Below, piece by piece: positions 50,274 through 59,565 of a DNA stretch of 64,000 nt. Both the position numbers and the translations under genes were made by a program. Origin of the DNA: Candidatus Dormiibacterota bacterium (GTDB lineage: Bacteria; Chloroflexota; Dormibacteria; Aeolococcales; Aeolococcaceae); NCBI GenBank assembly GCA_963718525.1, contig OY970355.1:2688001-2752000 (forward strand). Direction: 5' to 3'. How positions within the stretch are numbered: the first letter of the stretch is position 1; every line of letters starts with the position of its first letter. The notes under the pieces are model-generated. The model did no database searches. It worked only from the letters and a program-made list of their open reading frames with translations, and was not told the DNA's origin.

Positions 50274-51671
50274 ATGCCAAAAATGATAGTCGCCCTGACC
50301 GTCGCCGTCGCCGGCGCGGGACTTGCCGGGTTCGTCATCTCGCGTCCCCAGGCAACTCCGCGCGCAACGACACCGATTGGCAGCCCGGCCCTGGCTGCGG
50401 ACACGCTCGCCTCGACAATCGGCTACACGGCGGCCGCGAATCCCGGCAGCAAACAGGTGGTGGTATTCGGCGGCGACCTGACCCTCGCGCAGACGTGGCT
50501 GTGGAGCGGGAGCCGCTGGAAGCTTGCCCATCCGCGGACGAGCCCATCAGGACGCGAAGAGGCTGCGGCCGCGTACGACCCCGAACTCCACATGGTGCTG
50601 CTGTTCGGCGGCATCCAGCCTCCGGAGACCTTCCTGGGCGACACCTGGGGCTGGGACGGTTCCACGTGGCACCTCCTGGACTCAGGGTCGATCGGTCCGC
50701 CCCCCGGGCAGGCGTCGATGGCATGGGACCCGGCGCTGGACACGATGGTGCTGATGCCGGCATCGAGCTCCGGGGCCGATACCTGGACGTGGTCGAGGAC
50801 CCACTGGGTCGACCACCGCCAGCCGGACCCCTACCTGCCGCCGGGAGTGCTCGATCTTGCCTTCAACCCGGCGACGCAGGTGCTGATGGGCGTCGGCTTT
50901 GGATCAGTCGTCAGCGGTGGGTACGGGGCACCCACTGAGACGTGGACGTGGAACGGTGCCTCCTGGAGCCAGCTCTCGACACGCGTCGTGCCCTCAGCGT
51001 ATGGGATTCTCGGACTGGGATGGGATCCGATCAGCGCGAGACTACTGCTCTTCGGCGAAGGGCCGGCGACCCTGGTTCCGCTGCTGCGGTGGGAATGGAA
51101 TGGCACCGATTGGGTGCAGCTCCCCTCCCTCTCGAGCCCAAGCGTCATCGAGGGCCACGTCACCGGCGGTGAGACGTCGGCCCTGCTGCTCGTTGGGGAG
51201 TTGAGCGAGGCGACTGCCGCCACCCCAATTCGGGTGTGGTCGTGGGATGGGACGGCCTGGGGGCCAACGACCTCCACAACGGTGCCCCCGGTTGCCAGCG
51301 CGAGTCCACAGGCCACAGCCGGCCCCTGCGGGTACGTCGATTGTTCGACGCCACAGCGCGAAGGCGCTCCAGCGTCATGCGATGCATCCGCGTTCCACGC
51401 GCTCGTGACGAACGACATCGATGGATCGATCGAGATCGGCGGCAGCGCATGCGATGGCAACTACCTCGTCCTGAACCTGGGACACCGCATCTGCGCAACC
51501 ACGCTCGGCGCCCCGTGCCTCAATTCGCTCGGGCTGGCGTTCTTTGTCGCGCAGAGCGGTAGGTGGTCGCTGATCTCCTACGGCCGAACGCTCACGTGTG
51601 CCTCCGTCGCAGCAATGATGGAGCAACCGAAGCTCCCTGCGTCGCTCTGCACCCAAGCGTTGCAAGGCTGA
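50274..51671 (+). CDS. Secreted/anchored WxWxG-repeat (Kelch-like propeller) protein with Cys-rich C-terminal domain
   Basis: N-terminal hydrophobic helix; six repeats TWLWSGSRW, TWGWDGSTW, TWTWSRTHW, TWTWNGASW, RWEWNGTDW, VWSWDGTAW; 8 Cys in the tail. Confidence 0.75.
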   Translation: MPKMIVALTVAVAGAGLAGFVISRPQATPRATTPIGSPALAADTLASTIGYTAAANPGSKQVVVFGGDLTLAQTWLWSGSRWKLAHPRTSPSGREEAAAAYDPELHMVLLFGGIQPPETFLGDTWGWDGSTWHLLDSGSIGPPPGQASMAWDPALDTMVLMPASSSGADTWTWSRTHWVDHRQPDPYLPPGVLDLAFNPATQVLMGVGFGSVVSGGYGAPTETWTWNGASWSQLSTRVVPSAYGILGLGWDPISARLLLFGEGPATLVPLLRWEWNGTDWVQLPSLSSPSVIEGHVTGGETSALLLVGELSEATAATPIRVWSWDGTAWGPTTSTTVPPVASASPQATAGPCGYVDCSTPQREGAPASCDASAFHALVTNDIDGSIEIGGSACDGNYLVLNLGHRICATTLGAPCLNSLGLAFFVAQSGRWSLISYGRTLTCASVAAMMEQPKLPASLCTQALQG

Positions 51672-51710
51672 GCTAGGATCGCTGGCTCAATCACCATGGA
51701 GGGAAGCACG

Positions 51711-51962
51711 ATGCCGCTGTACATGGACCATCACCACAAGGTCGACGGTCTCACCGCCGAGGCGGTGGCGGGTGCTCATCAACGGGACCTGGAGGTGCAG
51801 GGAAAACATGGCGTTGAATACTTGAAGTACTGGTTCGACGAAGGCTCGGGCGCTGTGTTCTGCCTGGTCAACGCACCCAGCAAAGAGGCGGCGACGGCGG
51901 TGCATCGCGAAGCTCACGGGCTCGTCGCCGACGACCTCACCGAGGTCCAGGAAGGCACTTGA
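51711..51962 (+). CDS. DUF4242 (SCO4226-like nickel-binding) protein
   Basis: MPLYMDHH, AHQRDLEVQ, YWFDE, FCL.NAP, VHREAHG. Confidence 0.85.
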   Translation: MPLYMDHHHKVDGLTAEAVAGAHQRDLEVQGKHGVEYLKYWFDEGSGAVFCLVNAPSKEAATAVHREAHGLVADDLTEVQEGT

Positions 51963-51979
51963 TCCCACCCGGCTGAACG

Positions 51980-54253
51980 ATGACGGGGCAAGCGACCGTT
52001 CCGGCAGCGAGGGAGGTCGCGCCGTCTTCGCCGCGCGGATCACCAGACGCGCGATCGGACGTTCGCCGCGTCGCCCTGCATCGCGCAGTGCGCGCAGCGG
52101 TGGTCAACCCGTTGGTATTCGCGGTGACCCTGCTCGTCTTTCGCGACCTGCAGATTGCGACGTTCGCCGTCTTCGGTTGCTTCGGATTACTGGTCATGGC
52201 GGATTTCGGCGGCCCGCGGCGCCCGCGTGCCGCTGCGTACGCTGGAGCGGCGCTCGCAGGTGCGGTGCTCGTAGCGCTCGGAACGGCTGTCTCGCTCATT
52301 CCCGCTGCGGCTGCCGCGGTCATGCTCGTTGTCGGCTTCGTTATCTCATTCGCCAGCGTCTTCGGCGGATATGTCGCGGCCGCGCAGACAGCGCTGCTCC
52401 TTGCGTTCGTACTCGCGGCGTCCGTTGCTGCACCGGCCTCGACGATTCCAACCCGTCTTGCGGGATGGGCGCTCGCCGCAGCGGTCTCGACCGTCGCGGG
52501 CGTGTTCTTCTGGCCCTGGTTTGAGCACGCCGCGATGCGCAGGCGGGCCGCGGACGCGTGCCTTGCCCTGGCAGACCTGGTTGCGGCGGTGCGACACAGT
52601 GCTCCCGACCTCCAGGTTGAGGCATTCAAAGCGAGGGCGCGCGCCGAGGTGTCGGCAGTCCGCCAGGCATACGCGCACACCGGCATGCGGCCAGCCGGAC
52701 CGACCCGCCGGGACCGTGCCTTCGTCGAGCTCGTCACCCAGCTCGACCAGGTGGTCACGCTCACGGAGCGGCCGCTTCACCAGCAGCGTCGGTCGCAGCG
52801 CCCCTGCATCAAGGAGGGAGACCGTCTGGCATCGGTGGTGGTCGTTACGTTGCGGGCGGATGCTGCCGTGCTCACGGGTGGCCCTCCCCCGTCAGTACGC
52901 GACCTCGAGGACGCACGCCGCGCGCATCGTTTGGCGCTCGACCGCTGGGCTGCCGCCGAGCTGAACGCTGGGCGATCACCGGAGGAGGTGCTCGAGGGCA
53001 TCGACGTTGACCACACCCTTCGCGTCATCGCGTATCTCACCATCGCCTTGAGCACCAATGCCGTGATCGCCGCGGGTGGCCGGCCCGATGAAGGATTGAC
53101 GCTGCCGGCCGGAACGCCGCGCCTCGAAGGAACCCGTGGCATCGCCGTCCGCACCCTGGGAACGCTGCGCACGCACCTCGCGCCGAGCTCGACCGTCCTG
53201 CACAGCAGCGCGCGTGTCGCCGTCGGACTGGCGGTGTCCGTGCTCCTGGCGCGAGTCCTCGGGGTTGAGCATGCGTTCTGGGTGGTGCTGGGCGCCCTCT
53301 CCGTCCTCCGCTCGAATGCGCTCGCAACCGGACGGACCACCGTACAGGCCCTGATGGGCAGTGTCGTCGGGTTCGTGGTCGGCGGCCTGTTCGCGAGCGT
53401 CGCCGGAAACAATCCGGTCCTGATGTGGCTCGCGATGCCGATCGCGATCTTCGTTGCCTCGTACGCGGCGAGTGCCATCGGATTCATGGCCGGCCAGGCG
53501 GGGTTCACCGTCATGGTGATCATCGTCTTCAACCTCATCTCCCCCGCCGGGTGGCGGGTGGGACTTGTTCGGATCGAGGATGTGGCGCTCGGCACGGGGA
53601 TCAGCCTCGTCGCCGGCCTGCTGCTCTGGCCGCGAGGAGCGCGTCGCGACCTTGCGCGCGCAACCGCCGGGGAGTATCGAGCTGTCCGCGTCTACCTCGA
53701 CCAGGCGTTTCAGCTCGTGCTTGGGCGCGATGCGTCGGACGACGTCACCGGGATTCGAGCCGCCGCAGTTCGGGCTCGTGATCGCGCAGGCGAAGCCTTC
53801 GACGCGTTTCTCAGTGAACGGGGCGCCAAGCCGCTCGATGCCGACGCCGCCGCCCGTCTCGTGTCTGCTGGAGGCCAGGCGTTGCTGGCGGGCGACCTGC
53901 TCGTGGTGGTGGCAACCGACCTCGGCTATCGAGCGGATGCGTGTCCCGAGAGTGTCGCCACGGTCGAGGCGCAGGTGCATTCGCTGCTGACCAGTGTCAA
54001 CCTTCTCGCTAATCAGCTCGCTGGTGAGCGCGACGACGACGATCGCCGCATTCCACATCCGTCATCGGAGCTCTTGCGTGCTGCAGCACTGGACTGCATG
54101 CGCCGTTCGGGGAGCGATCAACGGGCGACGCGCGGTGCGATGGCGGTGGTGATTGCGTCGGAGTGGGTCGAGAATCTCGCGCGCACGGAGGCGGATCTTC
54201 ATGGTCCTGTTGAAGCGGCAGCTGCGGCTGCTCGGATTCGTTGGTGGCGATGA
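51980..54253 (+). CDS. FUSC family membrane protein
   Basis: ATFAVFGCF, HAFWVVLGALSVLRSN, GLVRIEDVALG, LLWPRG. Confidence 0.85.
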   Translation: MTGQATVPAAREVAPSSPRGSPDARSDVRRVALHRAVRAAVVNPLVFAVTLLVFRDLQIATFAVFGCFGLLVMADFGGPRRPRAAAYAGAALAGAVLVALGTAVSLIPAAAAAVMLVVGFVISFASVFGGYVAAAQTALLLAFVLAASVAAPASTIPTRLAGWALAAAVSTVAGVFFWPWFEHAAMRRRAADACLALADLVAAVRHSAPDLQVEAFKARARAEVSAVRQAYAHTGMRPAGPTRRDRAFVELVTQLDQVVTLTERPLHQQRRSQRPCIKEGDRLASVVVVTLRADAAVLTGGPPPSVRDLEDARRAHRLALDRWAAAELNAGRSPEEVLEGIDVDHTLRVIAYLTIALSTNAVIAAGGRPDEGLTLPAGTPRLEGTRGIAVRTLGTLRTHLAPSSTVLHSSARVAVGLAVSVLLARVLGVEHAFWVVLGALSVLRSNALATGRTTVQALMGSVVGFVVGGLFASVAGNNPVLMWLAMPIAIFVASYAASAIGFMAGQAGFTVMVIIVFNLISPAGWRVGLVRIEDVALGTGISLVAGLLLWPRGARRDLARATAGEYRAVRVYLDQAFQLVLGRDASDDVTGIRAAAVRARDRAGEAFDAFLSERGAKPLDADAAARLVSAGGQALLAGDLLVVVATDLGYRADACPESVATVEAQVHSLLTSVNLLANQLAGERDDDDRRIPHPSSELLRAAALDCMRRSGSDQRATRGAMAVVIASEWVENLARTEADLHGPVEAAAAAARIRWWR

Positions 54254-54281
54254 CGGTGCAAACCATTCCGGAGGTGGATGA

Positions 54282-55121
54282 ATGACGACCTCGGTTGCGA
54301 TCCTGGGTACGGGCAAGATGGGCGGCGCGATGGCGCGCCGGCTCGCGTCCTCGGGGTTTGACATGATCCTGTGGAATCGCACGGCTGCAAGGGCACAGGA
54401 GCTCGGCATCGGTCGCGTCGTCGCCACACCGGCCGACGCGGCCCGCGATGCCGACGTGGTGATCAGCAGCCTGACCAACGAGTTGGCTGTCCGCGAGGTC
54501 TACCTCAGCGGCGACGGCGTCTTGCGGAACGGCTCTGGAAAACTCCTCATCGAGGCGAGCACCGCGGGCCCCCGAATCGCCGAAGAGCTCGGTCCCGATG
54601 CACGGGCCGCCGGAGCGCGCTTCCTCGAAGCGCCGGTGGTCGGCAGCGTTCCCGCGGTGGAGAGCGGGAAGCTGCTGATTCTCGCGGCAGGCGATCCGGC
54701 GGACGTTGAAGACGCTCGGCCGGTGCTCGAGCACCTCGGTGACATCGTTTACGCCGGGCCGTGGGGCAATGGCCAGCGGTTGAAGCTGATCGCCAACAGC
54801 ATGCTGGGCATCGTCAGCGCCGCAGCCGCGGAGTTGCTTGCCGCCGGAACGGCCGCGGGTCTCGAGCGTGCCCAGGTCTTTTCGGTGCTCGCGCGCTTTG
54901 CGCCGGGGCTCTCGGCGCGCGAACGCGGATTCCTCCAGGACCAGCACACCCCCACGATGTTCGCGGTGCGCGACCTGGTCAAGGACCTGGATCTCGCACT
55001 GGAAACCTTCGGCGGCGCGATGCCGCTCGCACACCAGGCGCGCGAAGCGTTCGCGGAAACCAGGCAGCGCTCGCCGGATCTCGATATCTCAGCCGTCGTG
55101 ACCCTGTATGAGCAACGGTGA
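54282..55121 (+). CDS. NAD(P)-dependent beta-hydroxyacid dehydrogenase family protein
   Basis: LGTGKMG, WNRT, EAPVVGS, LKLIAN, KDL. Confidence 0.88.
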   Translation: MTTSVAILGTGKMGGAMARRLASSGFDMILWNRTAARAQELGIGRVVATPADAARDADVVISSLTNELAVREVYLSGDGVLRNGSGKLLIEASTAGPRIAEELGPDARAAGARFLEAPVVGSVPAVESGKLLILAAGDPADVEDARPVLEHLGDIVYAGPWGNGQRLKLIANSMLGIVSAAAAELLAAGTAAGLERAQVFSVLARFAPGLSARERGFLQDQHTPTMFAVRDLVKDLDLALETFGGAMPLAHQAREAFAETRQRSPDLDISAVVTLYEQR

Positions 55122-56454
55122 CCTGAGGGATTGGCGGTTCGGGAGACACGCCGCGTGAGCCAAGGGCGAACAGCAGCATGAATGCGACGACGTAATAGAA
55201 GTTGAACCGCGCATACGAGGCGAACGCGGTTGACACAAGGAACAGGAACGCCGAAGCAACGCAGAGATCGGCGACGTCCCGAGGCCGCAGCAGCAGCACT
55301 GCGAGGCTGGCTGCGCCGACCGCGGCTGGAAAGATCCATCCCGGCAGTGGCGCTCCGCCGCTGTTGTGAACGATCGCCCCCACAGTGAGGCCGTCGTAGT
55401 AGGCGGGTTCCCAGAAGTGACGCACCAACGTCGCGAACGCAACCGCCGGGATGCCGACTCCGATGCTGCAGATCAGCATGATGGTCAGAGCCAGGGCGCT
55501 GCCCGCGACGATCCGCACGCGCCAGGAGGGCGACCAGACGAAGAACGGCAGGAAGAGCACCAGCGCGGTGGGTTTGACCAGCAGGCACGCTGCGATGGCA
55601 ACCACGGTCCAGACGGCATGGCGCTTGTGGAGCGCGAGGCCGATGCCGAACGTCACCACCATCAATGTCTCGGGCCACGCGGTGACCACCATCGACGGCG
55701 CAAGCGGCAACGCGACAGCAAGCACCAGCAGGAATCGCCTGCTGAGCGGCGAGAGCTTTCCCTGCCGCGCAACGATGAACACGACGACGACGGCGGCGAT
55801 TCCCCACAGCACCGACGCAACTCGGATGTCCCCCACCAATGCTCCGGGAAGTGACGCGACGGCCACCACCGGTCCGTAGGGCAGATGCTCGGGACCGATC
55901 ACGACGACGCTGGGCGCGATGGGAACGCGGTCGTAGATCGTCGCGCTGTACGGATTGCCGCCGTGCAGCAGACTGAGTGCGCCGGCTGTCTCGATGTAGA
56001 AGACATCGAAGAGCCCGTGTCCCCAGTGCCATGGCACCACCGATGCGGCCACCGACGCAGCGGCTGCCAGAGCGATGCCAGTGCGAAAGCGCCATCGCAA
56101 TGCAATCACGACGCCGATCACGACCGCGGCGGCGAAGATGACCTGGGGTCCGCCGAAGAGATCCGCGTTGAAAAAGAATGCGAGGGCACAGCAGGCGATT
56201 GCCGCGACCCAGGTGGGTTTCGATGGCTCGGCGGCCACCATCGATCGAGCGGTGAGGAGCAGCGCGCCGGCGATCGCCAGCAGCAGCAGCGCCGCAGGAT
56301 TTGCTGACCCCGCGCTGATCATCAACGCAACGACGATCGCGACCGTTCCCAGCAGGGTGGCATCGCCGGAGCCGAACGACAGGCGTGTGGCGCTGCGCGT
56401 CCCTCTCAGCGTCGCAGCCCAGCGTGTCGAGGATGGCGTGGTAACTCTCGACAC
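54979..56454 (-). CDS. Polytopic GT-C-like (GT87-like) membrane glycosyltransferase
   Basis: FDVF...LLHGGNPY, LPYGP, GDIR, WPE, LVKP, NFYY motifs among many TM helices; TAGGGT upstream of GTG; 3' end overlaps the convergent gene. Confidence 0.6.
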   Translation of the reverse strand: MSRVTTPSSTRWAATLRGTRSATRLSFGSGDATLLGTVAIVVALMISAGSANPAALLLLAIAGALLLTARSMVAAEPSKPTWVAAIACCALAFFFNADLFGGPQVIFAAAVVIGVVIALRWRFRTGIALAAAASVAASVVPWHWGHGLFDVFYIETAGALSLLHGGNPYSATIYDRVPIAPSVVVIGPEHLPYGPVVAVASLPGALVGDIRVASVLWGIAAVVVVFIVARQGKLSPLSRRFLLVLAVALPLAPSMVVTAWPETLMVVTFGIGLALHKRHAVWTVVAIAACLLVKPTALVLFLPFFVWSPSWRVRIVAGSALALTIMLICSIGVGIPAVAFATLVRHFWEPAYYDGLTVGAIVHNSGGAPLPGWIFPAAVGAASLAVLLLRPRDVADLCVASAFLFLVSTAFASYARFNFYYVVAFMLLFALGSRGVSPEPPIPQVTVAHTGSRRLRYRDPASAAWFPRTLRAPGVRAASRRRRFPVRDPGP

Positions 56455-56475
56455 TCGCCCCACCCTAGAGGGGAG

Positions 56476-56655
56476 TCGAGTCGCAATCCGGCCCGTTACG
56501 GAGCCGAGTCGCTTCCCGCTCCCTCCTTGGGCGGTGGCCTTCGGAGGCGTAGACGCTGCGAATCCGGCAGACCCATCGGTCAGCGAGGTTCTGCACTCCC
56601 GTTGAGCGACCCAACTCTCTCTTTGGCGATCGGCTCCGGCGGGACGATCACTCGG
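56476..56655 (+). ncRNA. Candidate 6S-like rod-shaped ncRNA
   Basis: Nested pairings TCGAGT/ACTCGG, CCCGT/GCGGG, CGGAGCCGA-TCGC/GCGA-TCGGCTCCG, a pyrimidine-rich internal bubble, TTGGG/CCCAA, GGAG..GTAGA/TCTGC.CTCC, CGCTG/CAGCG; ~180 nt, intergenic; G-U pairs favour the + strand. Confidence 0.45.
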
Positions 56656-56660
56656 CGTCC

Positions 56661-57446
56661 ATGGATGACGACACGTCGACACCAGACAGCCGCCCGATTG
56701 ACGTGCGATGGCGCCTTGACGGGCGGGTCGCGCTGGTGACCGGCGCCTCGGCCGGCCTCGGAGCGCGCTTCGTGCGCGTGCTGCACACGGCTGGAGCGAC
56801 CGTGCTCGTGACCGCCCGCCGGGGCGAGCGCCTCGACGAGCTCGCCTCGGAGTGCGGCGAGCGTGTCGAGACGATGGCCGGAGACATCACCGACGCTCGC
56901 CACCGCGAGGCGCTCGCGGGGCGTCTCCAGTCTTATGGCCGGCTCGATGTTTTGGTCAACAACGCCGGTATCTGTGATGACGGCCCCATCGAGGAACAGT
57001 CGCTCGACGATCTGCGCCAGGTCATCGAGGTGAATCTCATCAGCGTCATGGATCTCTGCCGGGTGATGGCCCCCTTGCTGCTGGCCTCCCCGGTGGCGAG
57101 CGTGGTGAACATCGCATCCATGTACGGCGTTGTCGCATCTCGCGGGCCGATGGCGGCTTACAACGCCACAAAGGGTGCCGTCGTTAACCTCACGCGGTCG
57201 CTGGCGGCTCAGTGGGGCGGTCGCGGAGTGAGAGTCAATGCCCTGGCGCCGGGCTACTTCCCTTCGGAGATGACTGGCTTCCTGGCCGATGAAGACTTTG
57301 CGCAATCCATCCGCGATCGCACCCTCCTTGGGCGAACGCCGGCTCTGGAGGAGATCGACGGCCCGCTACTGTTTCTTGCCTCCGACGCGTCGAGCTACAT
57401 GACCGGGCATGTGCTTCTCGTTGACGGCGGTTGGACTGCGGTCTGA
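56661..57446 (+). CDS. SDR oxidoreductase
   Basis: TGASAGLG, NNAG, YNATKG, NALAPGYFPS. Confidence 0.9.
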   Translation: MDDDTSTPDSRPIDVRWRLDGRVALVTGASAGLGARFVRVLHTAGATVLVTARRGERLDELASECGERVETMAGDITDARHREALAGRLQSYGRLDVLVNNAGICDDGPIEEQSLDDLRQVIEVNLISVMDLCRVMAPLLLASPVASVVNIASMYGVVASRGPMAAYNATKGAVVNLTRSLAAQWGGRGVRVNALAPGYFPSEMTGFLADEDFAQSIRDRTLLGRTPALEEIDGPLLFLASDASSYMTGHVLLVDGGWTAV

Positions 57447-57499
57447 CGTTCCGGCATCAGCTGCCCGGGATTACCCTGAACGGGAATGCTCACAAGAAG

Positions 57500-57946
57500 A
57501 TGCCGATGAGACGGCGGTCGACCGTGGTCGGCGTCACAGGACTCGCTCTCGCCGCCGCGGCAATCCTCGCCGCACATGCGCTCGGAGCCGGTAGCGGACC
57601 CGTCTGCCCCAGGTCAACCGACGCCAATTGGAATCCCTATGACGGGACCGTGGCCCAGGCACGAGCGTGCGGCCTGACCGTATATCCGCTGACCGCGACC
57701 ACAGTGCTCCCCGATCGTGGCACGCGCTACGTATACCAAGGACCCGGCCACACCACCATCACCCGAAATGCTCCGCCACCAGGATTCAACCCGCTCAGCG
57801 CTAGCGCGGCCGAACTGGCGTTATATAGCCTCCCACCCGAACCGCCCGTGACCAATCCGATAGCGCGCACACACTGGCTCACCGAGGTGAAGAGCATCAA
57901 GACGTGGGTTCCGCCGACCTCCTTCCTGTATACGTCGGCCGGCTGA
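57500..57946 (+). CDS. Hypothetical exported protein
   Basis: MPMRRRS plus hydrophobic signal; PPPGFNPLSASAAELALYSLPPEP motif; 2 Cys. Confidence 0.6.
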   Translation: MPMRRRSTVVGVTGLALAAAAILAAHALGAGSGPVCPRSTDANWNPYDGTVAQARACGLTVYPLTATTVLPDRGTRYVYQGPGHTTITRNAPPPGFNPLSASAAELALYSLPPEPPVTNPIARTHWLTEVKSIKTWVPPTSFLYTSAG

Positions 57947-57966
57947 ATATTTCCTGTTCGGTCGGA

Positions 57967-58317
57967 TCAATAGGCGTCGACGAAGTCACGGAGCCGCTGC
58001 CATTCGGCTATGCCTGAAGGAAGGTCTGCCTTGACACACTCCGGAGTATCGCTGTCGAGCAACTCTCGATACCTGCCAAGCGTGTGGTCGGCAGCCTTCC
58101 GCACCGATTCGAGTGACACCGCCGGCGGCGTCATTCGGTCAGTGGCCGCCGCTACGCCCGACGCGAGGAATTGCAGGGCGGCACTCCAACACTGAATCTC
58201 CGCCATCACCTCATCGATGTGTTCACGCGTGGGGCTGTTTTCCTTGGTCCATGTCAGCATGTCCTGCGCACCCTCCAGACAATCCTCGAGCCACGACTCT
58301 GGCCCGACATCAGTCAC
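57967..58317 (-). CDS. Hypothetical protein
   Basis: 116-aa acidic helical ORF filling the gap; no recognised motif. Confidence 0.5.
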   Translation of the reverse strand: MTDVGPESWLEDCLEGAQDMLTWTKENSPTREHIDEVMAEIQCWSAALQFLASGVAAATDRMTPPAVSLESVRKAADHTLGRYRELLDSDTPECVKADLPSGIAEWQRLRDFVDAY

Positions 58318-58440
58318 TGCGCGCTCGCCACACGACCAGGAGATCGCGAGCCTGAAGGTGCGTCAGCGGCCCGAACTCTCCCGTGACCGGATCACGCCGG
58401 CTCGACAGGAAGGAGTTCACCTGAACTGGAAAGATCGGGC

Positions 58441-58488
58441 TGGAGCGGGAGACGAGGCTCGAACTCGCGACCCCTACCTTGGCAAGGT
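58441..58488 (-). other. 3' half of tRNA-Gly(GCC), an attachment site (attR-type) of an integrative element
   Basis: Reverse complement ACCTTGCCAAGGTAGGGGTCGCGAGTTCGAGCCTCGTCTCCCGCTCCA covers the anticodon loop through CCA; 5' acceptor strand and D arm are absent. Confidence 0.9.
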
Positions 58489-58640
58489 CCGGATCCAAAT
58501 CCGAATACGCGAGGGCCAGAAAATGGCCTTGCGGCGCCTACTTCCCGCTGGATCGATGCTTTTCGACGCGGAGCTACGGCGGTTGACGTCAAGCGACGAC
58601 GACCTGACAGTGATCGAGTGAGGGCACACTCGCGTGGTCG
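58469..58640. repeat. att core + arm repeat, copy A
   Basis: GACCCCT-A-CCTTGGCAAGGT...CCGAATACG.GAGGGC.AGAAAA.GG..T.GCGGCGCCTACTTCCC...TTCGACGCGGAG...GTTGACGTCAAGC...GTGATC.AGTGAG.GCAC.CTCG shared with 63123-63299. Confidence 0.88.
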
Positions 58641-58870
58641 AGGGGAACCTCACCTGGTGGCCTCTACACAACCCGGCCCGTCGATGCGTAAGTCCGCTGC
58701 CCCGATTGATACCAGGGAACCATCTCGAGGGTGGACGGTCCCACTCGGGCACGAGGAGAGCTGATATCCCAGTCTCGAGAGCCAGCGATCGATCGTCAGA
58801 TCCACGCTGCCTTGGGCGATCATTTCACTGACACTCCCATGCGAGACGACATCTACGCGATTCGCTCGAC

Positions 58871-59494
58871 GTGATCATCGATCACGTCATTTTCGTTGTC
58901 CGCGATCCGGTCAAGGCTGCCCAGGACTTGTACGACCGGCATGGCTTGGGGTCCGAGCGTGGCGATTACCACACGTTCTCAGGAACCCGAAATTGGAGCG
59001 TGCCGCTGGCGCCGCCTACATATCTCGAACTCCTGTCAATCGAGGATCGCACGGTCGCGGCAGGTTCGAAGGCTGGACAAGAGGTCATGGCATTTGAGGC
59101 GGCCGGAGGAGGCTTGATGACATGGGCGGTCCTGGTGGCGGACGTTACGGTCGTATCCAGGCGGCTGGGGATCGACATCTTCGACTACACCATTACCGAC
59201 GACAGTGGGACGCTTCGCGGGTGGAGGGCAGTCACCGGACCACGGCATCTGCCGTTCTTCATCGATTGGCCGAATAGCGAGGGGCGCCTGCGCCGCTGGG
59301 AACAGAAATACCAGCGGGTCGGGCACACCTCGGCTCCGATTGCGTTCTCCGGTCTCACCATCAGCGGATCAGCGAGTGAGATGTGGGAGTGGCTGGGCCC
59401 CCACGACCTGCCGTTGCGTTTCGTCGACGGCACTGACGGTCTCATTGAGGCTCGCATCGCCACCGCCGCTGGCGGCGAGATTGTGATTGCCTAG
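58871..59494 (+). CDS. VOC/glyoxalase-like family protein
   Basis: IDHVIFVV, G.H...GTRN...L...YLELL, LPFFIDW. Confidence 0.82.
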   Translation: MIIDHVIFVVRDPVKAAQDLYDRHGLGSERGDYHTFSGTRNWSVPLAPPTYLELLSIEDRTVAAGSKAGQEVMAFEAAGGGLMTWAVLVADVTVVSRRLGIDIFDYTITDDSGTLRGWRAVTGPRHLPFFIDWPNSEGRLRRWEQKYQRVGHTSAPIAFSGLTISGSASEMWEWLGPHDLPLRFVDGTDGLIEARIATAAGGEIVIA

Positions 59495-59509
59495 CTCGGG
59501 AGCCCGTCG

Positions 59510-59537
59510 TCTGGCGACATTCACCGATGCTGGCCTG
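59510..59537. repeat. 28-bp inter-cassette site 1: TCTGGCGACAT-TCACCG-ATGCTGGCCTG
   Basis: One of five direct-orientation copies; 15 nt after the VOC stop. Confidence 0.75.
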
Positions 59538-59565
59538 CGCGCGACTGCTCTACCCTGGGGTGATC

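Noticed and set aside
54979-55121. 143-nt convergent overlap between the GT-C-like gene and the dehydrogenase
   Set aside because: The overlapping tail looks like non-conserved run-on after the last TM helix; no evidence of function
56476-56655. Known riboswitch (cobalamin, c-di-AMP, T-box), SRP RNA or tmRNA
   Set aside because: Their conserved sequence motifs were not found by eye; retained only as a 6S-like/unknown RNA candidate
58441-58520. Complete tRNA-Gly gene
   Set aside because: Sequence beyond 58488 shows no D arm or 5' acceptor strand; only the 3' half is present
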